A DNA stretch of 64,000 nt from an uncultured Acidobacteriota bacterium (GTDB lineage Bacteria; Acidobacteriota; Thermoanaerobaculia; UBA5066; Gp7-AA6): the NCBI GenBank assembly GCA_963801275.1, contig CAWDEF010000001.1:1007481-1071480 (forward strand), read 5' to 3'. Both the position numbers and the translations under genes were made by a program. The notes under the pieces are model-generated. The model was given only the letters and a program-made list of their open reading frames with translations, made no database searches and was not told where the DNA came from. Below are positions 27,549 to 35,601 of this stretch, piece by piece. Every line of letters starts with the position of its first letter. Positions within the stretch are counted from its first letter, which is position 1.

Positions 27549-28126
27549 TTCGGAGCGCCCTTCTCGACTGGCATGCCCCGCTTCTCCCAATCGGGGAAGC
27601 CGTCGGCGTACACGAGCGCGTTGTTGAAGCCGTAGCCGTGAAGCCTCTGCGAGAGCATGTGCGAGTCCTCGCAGTCTCCGCCGCTGCAGTACACGACCAG
27701 CGGCGCGTTTACGTCGTAACCTTCGTCGAAGAGCCTCTTGATCCCGTCATCGACCGTCGCCTCCCAGATCGGGAGGCTTCGCGCCCCCGGGATGTGTCCG
27801 GCGACGTAGACAGACGTTCGGCGGGCGTCCAGAAACGGAACACCGCGGCGATGAAGATCGATTGCCTCTTCGCCCGAGATCGAGACCCACGGCTTGTCGG
27901 GATGGGGCGGATAGTCCCTGCCCGGCGGGACGGCGGCCTGAGCGGCCGGCGAGGCGGCCGCGGGCCCGGCCGGGGCGGGCGTGGCCGGAGGTTGCGGAAC
28001 CTTCAAGGCGTCGGGATAGGTTCCCGCCCAGGCGAGCCGCCTCTGCGCCGAGGCGAGCGAATTGGAGACGACCGCGCACAGTACCGCCGCCAGGACGATC
28101 GACAGGCTCTGCCCAAGCCTTCTCAC
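27545..28126 (-). CDS. Rhodanese-domain sulfurtransferase with signal peptide (periplasmic/secreted)
   Basis: 193 aa; signal MRRLGQSLSIVLAAVLCAVVSNSLASAQ; rhodanese core ...FLDARRTSVYVAGHIPGARSLP... active-site loop CSGGDCEDS with catalytic Cys. Confidence 0.8.
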   Translation of the reverse strand: MRRLGQSLSIVLAAVLCAVVSNSLASAQRRLAWAGTYPDALKVPQPPATPAPAGPAAASPAAQAAVPPGRDYPPHPDKPWVSISGEEAIDLHRRGVPFLDARRTSVYVAGHIPGARSLPIWEATVDDGIKRLFDEGYDVNAPLVVYCSGGDCEDSHMLSQRLHGYGFNNALVYADGFPDWEKRGMPVEKGAPK

Positions 28127-28244
28127 AGAAGCGACTCTACCCCGCTCCGGCTCAGGGCGCCGCCCGCGATCGACCGGCGAAAAGAGACGGCGACGAGGGG
28201 GATCCCCCCGACGGACAAGAGCCGGTGAGCAGCTCCGGAAAAGC

Positions 28245-28320
28245 TGGCTGTGGGGGGTGGAATCGAACCACCAACCTTCCGGTTAACAGCCGGACGTTGT
28301 ACCAATTCAACTACCCCACA
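28245..28320 (-). tRNA. tRNA-Asn (anticodon GTT), CCA encoded
   Basis: Reverse complement folds as cloverleaf: acceptor TGTGGGG/CCCCACA, D-arm GTTG-AATTGGTA-CAAC, anticodon arm TCCGG-CTGTTAA-CCGGA (GTT), T-arm GGTGG-TTCGATT-CCACC, discriminator G, then CCA. Confidence 0.85.
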
Positions 28321-28446
28321 ACGGACCGGCGACCATGGTAGCGCGGCAGCCCGACGTCGGAAGATCACGGGTCCCGACGGGAGAGTCCTCGTCGACGTAG
28401 AGTCCGCTTCCCGGGCGCTCCCGACAGCCGCGGACGCCTCTTCCCC

Positions 28447-29268
28447 TCACGCAGCCGGAAGAAAGGGGATCACCCGCCCCGCCAGAGACGCCGGGAGACC
28501 CCGCAGCGCCTCCCGGATCTCCTCGTTCCGATACCGCTGCGAGAAGTGCGTCAGGACGATCGCCTCGTTGCGAAAGAGATCTGCCCTGTCCAGGAAATCG
28601 CGCAGGTGCAGATGCTCGTAGACGCGGGCGCGATCGACGTCGTCGGACCGGAGAAAGGAGCATTCGATCAGCAGAACGCCCGCCGAAAAGAGCTCCGGCG
28701 CCGCCTCGAAGATTTCCACACCGCAGTCGCCCGGGTAGGCCAGAAGAGGAATCTCTTCGCGGCGGGTCACCTCGACGCCCCCCTCCCGCAGGGCCGCGAT
28801 TTCCCGACCCGTCCGCCCGGCGAACTCCGGCTTGAGCTTCTGCTTCACCTCCGAAAAGACGTAGCCGACCGTCGGCACGCGGTGCCGCCCCGGGAGAACG
28901 GAAAGCTCCAGGTCCCGCCGCAGCGCGACGCGTTGCCCGGACGCGACCGGCTGGATTCGGACCCCGTAGTCCACTCTCTCGAGGCGTTCGCAGACCTGCA
29001 GCAATGCCTCCAGATCGGGCACGGCCTCTTCGGGAGCCAGCACCCGTGCGGGGCCAAGGCCGGCCAGGCGCCGCCGCGAGGCGTAGTGGGCCAGTCCCGC
29101 AGCGTGATCGAGGTGCCCGTGCGTCAGACAGACGGTCGGGTACGAGACGACGTCGTCCGGGGCGCGCCCGAAGTCGAGCAGCGCGTGGAAGGTCGGGACC
29201 TTGTAGAAGGACTCGTGGCCCGCGATCGAGACACCTTCGATCTCGATTCCGGCCGCGGTCACCTGCAC
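28447..29268 (-). CDS. MBL-fold metallo-hydrolase, RNase Z / RNase BN-like
   Basis: THGHLDHAAG (HxHxDH) motif; later H and D ligands; start set at GTG 29268 with GGAGGGG SD (ORF track ATG at 29304 would leave only 23 bp to divergent queA). Confidence 0.7.
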   Translation of the reverse strand: MQVTAAGIEIEGVSIAGHESFYKVPTFHALLDFGRAPDDVVSYPTVCLTHGHLDHAAGLAHYASRRRLAGLGPARVLAPEEAVPDLEALLQVCERLERVDYGVRIQPVASGQRVALRRDLELSVLPGRHRVPTVGYVFSEVKQKLKPEFAGRTGREIAALREGGVEVTRREEIPLLAYPGDCGVEIFEAAPELFSAGVLLIECSFLRSDDVDRARVYEHLHLRDFLDRADLFRNEAIVLTHFSQRYRNEEIREALRGLPASLAGRVIPFLPAA

Positions 29269-29327
29269 GCGGCCCCGCCCCTCCGGATAGTCGCCGGCGG
29301 CCATGGAGGCAGACTACTCTAGGCTGC

Positions 29328-30368
29328 GTGCGCGTCGATCTCTTCGCCTACGATCTGCCGGGCGACCGGATCGCGCAGACGGCGCGGCCGCGCGGGCAGA
29401 GCCGCCTGCTGGCGCTCGACCGCCGAAGCGGGGCCATCGCCCACCGGCGCTTCGCCGAGCTTCCCGAACTGCTCTCACCGACCGACCTCGTCGTTCGCAA
29501 CGACGTCCGCGTGCGGCCTGCGCGCCTCTACGGAACCGACCCCGAAGGACGGCTCGTCGAGATCTTCCTGCTCCGGGCGGCCGAAGGAGATCCGTGCTCC
29601 TGGACCGCCCTGGCAAAGCCCGGCCGCAGGGCGAAGGAAGGCCGCACACTGCGCTTTGCGAAGGATCTTTCGGCGGTCGTCGAGCGCGTCGAGCCGGACG
29701 GCCGGAGGCGCCTCCTTTTCGAACGCCCGGTCGACGACGCGGTGCTCGGGCGCATCGGCCACGTCCCGCTGCCGCCCTACATTCACCGGGAGCCGGGAGC
29801 TCCCGACCGACCCGATGACCGCGAGGCCTATCAAACCGTCTTCGCCCGGGAGCCCCTCGCCGTCGCGGCTCCGACGGCGGGGCTGCACTTCACGCTCGAG
29901 ATTCTCGATCGCATCCAGGCCCGCGGCTGCGAGATCGCCGATCTGACGCTTTCGATCGGCGCGGGCACCTTCAAGCCGGTGACCTCCGAAGACACGGAGT
30001 CCCATCGGCTGGACGCCGAGCGAGTCTTGATTCCCCGGACCACGCGATCGCGCATCGCATCGGCCAGGGCCGCCGGCAGGTGCGTCGTCGCGGTCGGAAC
30101 GACCGTCACCCGTTCCCTCGAGGCTGCCGCCCGTCTGGCGGAAGCCCCCGACGGCGACTGGCGCTTCTCGACCGACCTCTTCATCACGCCGGGCTTCGAC
30201 TTCCGGACGGTGGGCGCACTGTTGACGAACTTCCACCTGCCGCGCTCGACGCTTCTCATGCTGGTCTGCGCGTTCGCGGGGCGGGAGAACGTCCTGGCGG
30301 CGTACGAAGAGGCGATTCGCGAGCGGTATCTCTTCTATTCCTACGGCGACGCGATGCTCATCCGGTGA
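29328..30368 (+). CDS. queA: S-adenosylmethionine:tRNA ribosyltransferase-isomerase QueA
   Basis: GTG start; VRVDLFAYDLPGDRIAQ...RLL aligns with E. coli QueA MRVTDFSFELPESLIAHYP...RLL; downstream PLPPYI, GLHFT motifs. Confidence 0.85.
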   Translation: MRVDLFAYDLPGDRIAQTARPRGQSRLLALDRRSGAIAHRRFAELPELLSPTDLVVRNDVRVRPARLYGTDPEGRLVEIFLLRAAEGDPCSWTALAKPGRRAKEGRTLRFAKDLSAVVERVEPDGRRRLLFERPVDDAVLGRIGHVPLPPYIHREPGAPDRPDDREAYQTVFAREPLAVAAPTAGLHFTLEILDRIQARGCEIADLTLSIGAGTFKPVTSEDTESHRLDAERVLIPRTTRSRIASARAAGRCVVAVGTTVTRSLEAAARLAEAPDGDWRFSTDLFITPGFDFRTVGALLTNFHLPRSTLLMLVCAFAGRENVLAAYEEAIRERYLFYSYGDAMLIR

Positions 30369-31260
30369 GATAGACGTCGATCAGTTTCCGCAGCGCCGCC
30401 GTGTGGGCCGAGGTGGTTCCGCAGCAGCCGCCCACGATGCGCGTTCCGATCGCCAGCCACTGACGCGCGATCGAGGCGTACTCCTCCGGATCGACCGGTT
30501 CGTTGAAGAGGGTGCCTCCCCGGCCCGCCGGCGGCCCCAGGTTGCCGTAGGCCGCCAGCGGAGCGCCGGGCGCCGCCTCGGCGAGCACGCGCAGGTCCGG
30601 GAGCAAGCGCCGCACCGAAACACAGTTGATCGCGAGGACATCCGGGCGGAGCGGCTCCACGGCGCGCGCCGCCTCGGCGATCGATTCTCCCGAGAGCAGA
30701 CGCCCCTGCCCGTCCGTGATGATGGACGCAATCACCGGGAGACCCGTCTCCTTGCTCGCGCGAACGGCCGCGACGAGCTCGCGCACCGTGTTGTGCGTCT
30801 CGGCGAGAATCAGATCGGCGCCCGCCTGCGCCAGGAGCATGGCCTGCTGCCCGTGTTCCTGCCAGAGAGCGCCCTCGTCGGGAACCAGGTCGGGACGGTA
30901 GCAATCCTCCAGGGGGGAAAGGGAGCCGGCGACAAGAATCGCCCGCGTCGACTCGCCGGCGGCGCGCCGGGCGAGCGTGACCGCCTGCCGGGTCAGCTCC
31001 TCGGCGCGCTTTCCCTTGCCGGCCTTCTCGAGGGAGCGGCGGTGCGTGCGGAACGTATTCGCCGTCAAGATGTCGGCCCCGGCTTCGACGTCGTCACGAT
31101 GGATCGCGAGGACGACGGACGGGGCGTCGATCAGGGCCCAGGCGCTCCACAGCGGAAGCTGGCAGCGCGCGCCCCGCCGCTCGAGCTCGGTACCCATGGC
31201 CGAGTCGAGCAGCAGAGGGGGCGGATTGCCCAGCCGCTGCTTCAATGGCAGACTCTTCAT
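30358..31260 (-). CDS. mmuM: Homocysteine S-methyltransferase (MmuM/Pfam S-methyl_trans family)
   Basis: 300 aa; LLLDSAMGTELERRG, ...GADILTANTF..., C-terminal GGCCGTTSAHTAAL zinc-binding cysteines. Confidence 0.8.
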   Translation of the reverse strand: MKSLPLKQRLGNPPPLLLDSAMGTELERRGARCQLPLWSAWALIDAPSVVLAIHRDDVEAGADILTANTFRTHRRSLEKAGKGKRAEELTRQAVTLARRAAGESTRAILVAGSLSPLEDCYRPDLVPDEGALWQEHGQQAMLLAQAGADLILAETHNTVRELVAAVRASKETGLPVIASIITDGQGRLLSGESIAEAARAVEPLRPDVLAINCVSVRRLLPDLRVLAEAAPGAPLAAYGNLGPPAGRGGTLFNEPVDPEEYASIARQWLAIGTRIVGGCCGTTSAHTAALRKLIDVYLTG

Positions 31261-31263
31261 TCC

Positions 31264-31300
31264 TTAAAAAATAAGGCTGGAGAAGTCTCCAGCCTTATTT
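31264..31300 (-). terminator. Rho-independent terminator downstream of glnA (bidirectional-looking)
   Basis: GGCTGGAG-AAGT-CTCCAGCC perfect hairpin (31275-31294) flanked by A-run on plus (= T-run 3' on minus strand) and TTATTT on plus; markedly AT-rich for this genome. Confidence 0.6.
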
Positions 31301-31329
31301 CGTTTTGAACCGAAGGCCTTCGCTCTAAT

Positions 31330-32703
31330 CTAATACGCTTCCAGGTACTTCTCGGTCTCCCAGGGCTGCACGCGAGAGATGTACTCCGCCCACTCGCCGC
31401 GCTTGGCCTCGAGGAAGTGCGTGAGGATGTGCTCGCCGAGCGCCTCCGTGACGACCTCGTCCTTCTCCAGATTGTCCAGAGCCTCGGAGAGGTTGGCGGG
31501 AAGCTGGTCGATTCGCAGACGCCGCTTCTCGCGCTCGCTCATCTTGAAAACGTTGCGGTCCACCGGCTCCCCCGGGTCCATGCGGTTCTTCACGCCGTCC
31601 AGGCCCGAAGCGAGCATCACCCCGAAGGCAAGGTACGGGTTGCAGGAGGGATCCGGCATGCGCACTTCGATGCGCGTGCCCATGCCGCGCCGGGCCGGAA
31701 CGCGTACGAGCGGCGAACGGTTGCGCATCGACCACGCCACGTTGACCGGAGCCTCGTAGCCCGGCACCAGGCGCTTGTAGGAGTTGACCAGCGGGTTGGT
31801 CACCGCCACGAAGGCCCGGGCATGCCGCAGAATCCCTCCCGTGTAGTGCAACGCCGTCTTCGAAAGCTGATGCTTCGCCTTGGCGTCGTAGAAAACGTTG
31901 TTGCCCTTCTTGTCCAGGAACGACTGGTGGACGTGCATGCCCGATCCATTCACGCCGAAGATGGGCTTGGGCATGAAGGTCGCGTGGAGGCCGTGGTCCA
32001 TCGCCACCTTCTTGACGATGAACCGGAACGTCGAGACGCGGTCGGCCGTCGTCACGGAATCCGCGTACTTGAAGTCGATCTCGTGCTGGCCGGGCGCCAC
32101 CTCATGATGTGCCGCCTCGACCTCGAAGCCCATCTGCTCGAGGGCGAGGACGATGTCGCGCCTCGCCTCCTCCCCGCGGTCGACGGGCGTCAGGTCGAAG
32201 TAGGCGCCCTCGTCGTGGGTATCCACGATCGGATCGCCGCTCGAGTCGCGGCGAAAGAGGAAGAACTCCGCCTCGGGGCCGGTGACCATGGTGTAGCCCA
32301 GGGCGCCCGCCTTGTCCATCTGCTTCTTCAAGGTCATGCGGGGGCAACCGGCGAAGGGCGACCCGTCCGGGTTGTAAACGTCGCAGATGAGGCGCCCCAC
32401 CTTTTCGCCTCCCTGGTGCGCCCACGGGTAGATCGCGAAGGAGGCCAGATCGGGAACCAGGTTCATGTCCGACTCTTCGATCCGCGTGAAGCCCTCGATC
32501 GAGGAGCCGTCGAACTGGATCTCGCCGTCGAGCGCTTTCTCGAACTGGGAGCGTGGAATCTCGACGTTCTTGATCACCCCGAGGATGTCCGTGAACTGGA
32601 GCCGCATGAATCGCACGTTTTCGGCGTCGCAGACCTTGAGGATCTCCGCCTTGGAGAGCCCCGGCCCCGAGGCGTCGAATTTCAGGACCTTCGCTTTTGC
32701 CAT
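31330..32703 (-). CDS. glnA: Glutamine synthetase type I
   Basis: 457 aa from MAKAKVLKF with GGAGG SD; GS motifs FDGSSIEGF, ...GSGMHVHQS..., KPIFGVNGSGMH, NPYLAF; ORF-track N-extension of 39 aa rejected. Confidence 0.9.
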   Translation of the reverse strand: MAKAKVLKFDASGPGLSKAEILKVCDAENVRFMRLQFTDILGVIKNVEIPRSQFEKALDGEIQFDGSSIEGFTRIEESDMNLVPDLASFAIYPWAHQGGEKVGRLICDVYNPDGSPFAGCPRMTLKKQMDKAGALGYTMVTGPEAEFFLFRRDSSGDPIVDTHDEGAYFDLTPVDRGEEARRDIVLALEQMGFEVEAAHHEVAPGQHEIDFKYADSVTTADRVSTFRFIVKKVAMDHGLHATFMPKPIFGVNGSGMHVHQSFLDKKGNNVFYDAKAKHQLSKTALHYTGGILRHARAFVAVTNPLVNSYKRLVPGYEAPVNVAWSMRNRSPLVRVPARRGMGTRIEVRMPDPSCNPYLAFGVMLASGLDGVKNRMDPGEPVDRNVFKMSEREKRRLRIDQLPANLSEALDNLEKDEVVTEALGEHILTHFLEAKRGEWAEYISRVQPWETEKYLEAY

Positions 32704-32750
32704 TCTGACCTCCACTTTTTGCAGAATGGACGCGATTCTAGCGACAGTTT

Positions 32751-32766
32751 TGCAGCTTTCAAGCCA
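32751..32766 (-). promoter_or_regulatory. Sigma-54 (RpoN) -24/-12 promoter upstream of glnA: TGGCTTGAAAGCTGCA
   Basis: On minus strand TGGC-N8-TGCA with GG and GC spaced exactly as in consensus TGGCACG-N4-TTGCA; about 45 nt upstream of SD/ATG. Confidence 0.5.
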
Positions 32767-32790
32767 CCTTCGGGCAAAATGACCATGAAA

Positions 32791-32820
32791 CTGTGCAGCC
32801 CTGCACAGAAACCTGTGCAA
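32791..32820 (-). promoter_or_regulatory. NtrC-type enhancer palindromes (TGCACAGGTTTCTGTGCA overlapping CTGTGCAGGGCTGCACAG) upstream of glnA sigma-54 promoter
   Basis: Two overlapping perfect inverted repeats with TGCAC half-sites matching NtrC consensus TGCACC-N5-GGTGCA. Confidence 0.45.
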
Positions 32821-32824
32821 CGCT

Positions 32825-34190
32825 TCATGAACTGAACCCGATTCCGAGTGCGTCGAGGGCGCGCAGCAGCAGGCCGGGACGCTCCCCCCGGTCCACCCGT
32901 TGCAGCCGCCGCGTCACGGCGCGGACCGCGAGCCGTCGCAGGGGTTCGGGGGGGAAAGGCAACGGCTTGCGGCGAACCATGGACAGCGCGAGCAGCGGGC
33001 TTTCCCGCCCCAGGGCCAGATGTGCCAGGATCTTGCCCGCCACACGCGTGCTGCCGATGCCATGCCCCGTGTAGCCGAGCCCGTAGAGGAGGCGACCAGC
33101 CTCGGCGGCGCCGAAGAACGGCGTCAGCCGTGTCGTCGAGCAGATCGGCCCGCCCCACGCGAAGGGGAAACGCAGGTCCGAAAGCTTCGGAAAATGCCGG
33201 CGAAAGCTCGCCCGAAGGGCCTCGAAGTGCCTCGGCGACTGGTCGCACCCCTCCTCCACGCGGTTGCCGGCGTAGTAAACCGCTTCGCTCGTGCCCCAGA
33301 GAATCCGGCCCTCGGCGGTCAGACGATAGTAGTTGAAGAAGGTCCGGGCATCCGTCACTGCCTGCCGGCGCGGCCAGCCGATCGCGCTGCGCTGCGCGGG
33401 AGAGACGGGCTCGCTGACGAGGATGTAGTCGTAGAGTGGCAGAAAGCGCGGCAGGAGGCTCGGCCGGAGCCGGTGGCTGTATGCGTTGGTCGCAAGGACA
33501 GCCTTCTCGGCGGACAGGACCCCCCTGTCCGTCTTCACGGCCACTCCTGCCGCCGAAAAGGAGAGTCCGGTCACGTGACACCTCTCGAAGACCCGGATGC
33601 CGAGGCGCAGCGCCTCTTTCCGCAGGGCTTCGAGAAGCTTGACGGGGTGGAGGGTGCCGCTGCGAGGCGCGAGCGCCGCACCGAGATACAGGGAGCTGCG
33701 CACCTCCGCCTGAGCCTCCCCGGCGGACAGGAATCTCCAATCCGTGAGCCCGAGCCGGTGGGCGAATGCCACCGAAGCGTGAAGCGAGTCGACGTGCGCC
33801 GGCGTCAGCGCCATCACGAGCTGTCCCGGCCGCTCGAGCTCGGCGTCGATTCCCCGTTCCGCGAGAAAGAGCTCGAGCTCGTCCAGGTTCTCGCGTCCGA
33901 GGCGCGCGAGCTCCCGGGCCTCCTCCTCCCCGAAGTGGGCCGCCGCGAGCTCGTGCGAGTGGTCGAGCGTCTCGCCGACGATCCCGGCGTTTCGCCCCGA
34001 GGCGCCGTGCCCGACGAGGCCCTGTTCCAGGATGGCGACGCGGATCGACGGATCGAGGCCCTTCAGAAAGAGGGCGGTCCAGAGACCCGTGAACCCGCCG
34101 CCGATGACCGAAACGTCGACGCGCGTGTCGCCCGGGAGAGACTCGCAGGAGCGCGCTTGCCGGGTCGCCAGCCAGTAGCAGCTGGCCTCG
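32825..34190 (-). CDS. FAD-dependent oxidoreductase (DAO family; gamma-glutamylputrescine oxidase PuuB-like); 5' end unresolved
   Basis: Frame open from 32825 to well beyond 34190; Rossmann dinucleotide motif DVSVIGGGFTGLWTALFL at about 34100-34150 lies upstream of the first ATG/GTG (33817); no canonical start codon found in frame upstream of the motif. Confidence 0.6.
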
Positions 34191-34223
34191 ATGGGGGGAT
34201 CGCCCGCCTGCGGCGGCGCCCGC

Positions 34224-35573
34224 CTAGAGCCCGCGTTCGCGGTAGACCTCTTGGAGGGAGTCCTCCAGGGCTGCCAGGAACCGGTCGAGGACAGGATAGC
34301 CCACGACCAGCGGCGGCTCGACGCGCAGCACCCGCGCGTTGATGTAGGTCCCCGAGATCAGGATGCCGCGCCCGAAGAGGGCCTTGGCCACCGCGTAGCC
34401 GAGGTCGTGGTCGACGAACTCCATCCCGAGCATCAGGCCCCGCCCGCGCGCGCCCTGGATGACCTTCGGGTACTTCTTCGCCAGGGCGTTCAACCGGGGC
34501 AGCAGGTACTCGCCCTTCTCCCCCGCCTGGCGCGGCAGGTCCTCTTCGATCAGGACGTTGATCGTCGCAATCGCGGCCGCGCAGCACACCGGGTTTCCGC
34601 CGAAGGTCGTCGTGTGCAGGAAGGGATTATCGATGTAGCGCTCCCAGGTCTTCGGCGTGCCCACGCAAGCTCCGATCGGCATGACGCCGCCCCCGAACCC
34701 CTTGCCGAGCGCCATCAGGTCCGGCACGACGCCGTCGTGCTCGCAGCAGAACATCCTGCCGCTGCGGCCCATGCCGCTCTGGACCTCGTCGAACACCAGC
34801 ATGGCGCCGTACCGGTCGCAGATCTCGCGCGCCGCGGCGAGATACCCCGGAGGCGCGACGTTGATGCCCCCCTCGCCCTGGATCGGCTCGATCACGACCG
34901 CCGCGACCCTGTCTCCCGAGAAGTCGCCGCTCGCGACGATCATCCGGAGCGCATCCACGTCGCCAAACGGCACGTGGGTCCAGCGCTTCAGGGGCAGGAA
35001 GGGCTCCCGAAACATGGCCTTCGACGTGCCGCCGAGCGACCCGAGCGACTTCCCGTGGAAGGCGCCGAGCGTCCCGACGAAGTGGTGCCGCCCGGTCGTG
35101 AGGATCGCCATCTTCAGGCAGGCCTCGATCGATTCGGTGCCCGAATTGGTGAAGAAGGAGTACTGGAGATCCCCCGGCGTGATCATCGAGACCAGGTGCG
35201 CCAGGTACGTCCGCAGCGGATCGATCAGCTCCTGCGAATGGATGGCCTGCCGGTCGAGCTGCTCCCGGACGGCCTTCAGGACCTTCGGGTGCCGGTGGCC
35301 CGTGACGTAGATCCCGAAGCCCCCGAGCATGTCGATGAATTCCCTGCCCTGCACGTCGCGGAAAACGGCTCCCTCGTCCTGCCATTCGACGGCCGTGTAG
35401 TCGGTGGAGACGGACTTGCGGTATTCGAGGAATCCCGGGTTGACATAGTCGGTCCAGTACCGGACCGAGTCCTCGATGACCCGGCGCTGCTCGGGGGCCG
35501 TCAGCGTCTTCCTGCCGATCAGATCGAGGACGTAGGCGGATTCCTCGCGCGCGCTCTTGAGATTCTGAGGCAT
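34224..35573 (-). CDS. Class III aminotransferase, putrescine aminotransferase (PatA/YgjG)-like, paralog 1
   Basis: 449 aa; N-terminal extension typical of PatA, PLP lysine region DEVQSGMGRSGRMF; TFGGNP; CAGGAG SD. Confidence 0.8.
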   Translation of the reverse strand: MPQNLKSAREESAYVLDLIGRKTLTAPEQRRVIEDSVRYWTDYVNPGFLEYRKSVSTDYTAVEWQDEGAVFRDVQGREFIDMLGGFGIYVTGHRHPKVLKAVREQLDRQAIHSQELIDPLRTYLAHLVSMITPGDLQYSFFTNSGTESIEACLKMAILTTGRHHFVGTLGAFHGKSLGSLGGTSKAMFREPFLPLKRWTHVPFGDVDALRMIVASGDFSGDRVAAVVIEPIQGEGGINVAPPGYLAAAREICDRYGAMLVFDEVQSGMGRSGRMFCCEHDGVVPDLMALGKGFGGGVMPIGACVGTPKTWERYIDNPFLHTTTFGGNPVCCAAAIATINVLIEEDLPRQAGEKGEYLLPRLNALAKKYPKVIQGARGRGLMLGMEFVDHDLGYAVAKALFGRGILISGTYINARVLRVEPPLVVGYPVLDRFLAALEDSLQEVYRERGL

Positions 35574-35601
35574 CGAAACGCTCCTGTCTGGGGGATGGGG
35601 G

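Noticed and set aside
31330-32820. Alternative identity of the GS-like gene as gamma-glutamylputrescine synthetase PuuA (given adjacent PuuB-like oxidase)
   Set aside because: The sigma-54 promoter and NtrC sites, the strong terminator and the GS type I motifs favour glnA; cannot be fully excluded without phylogeny
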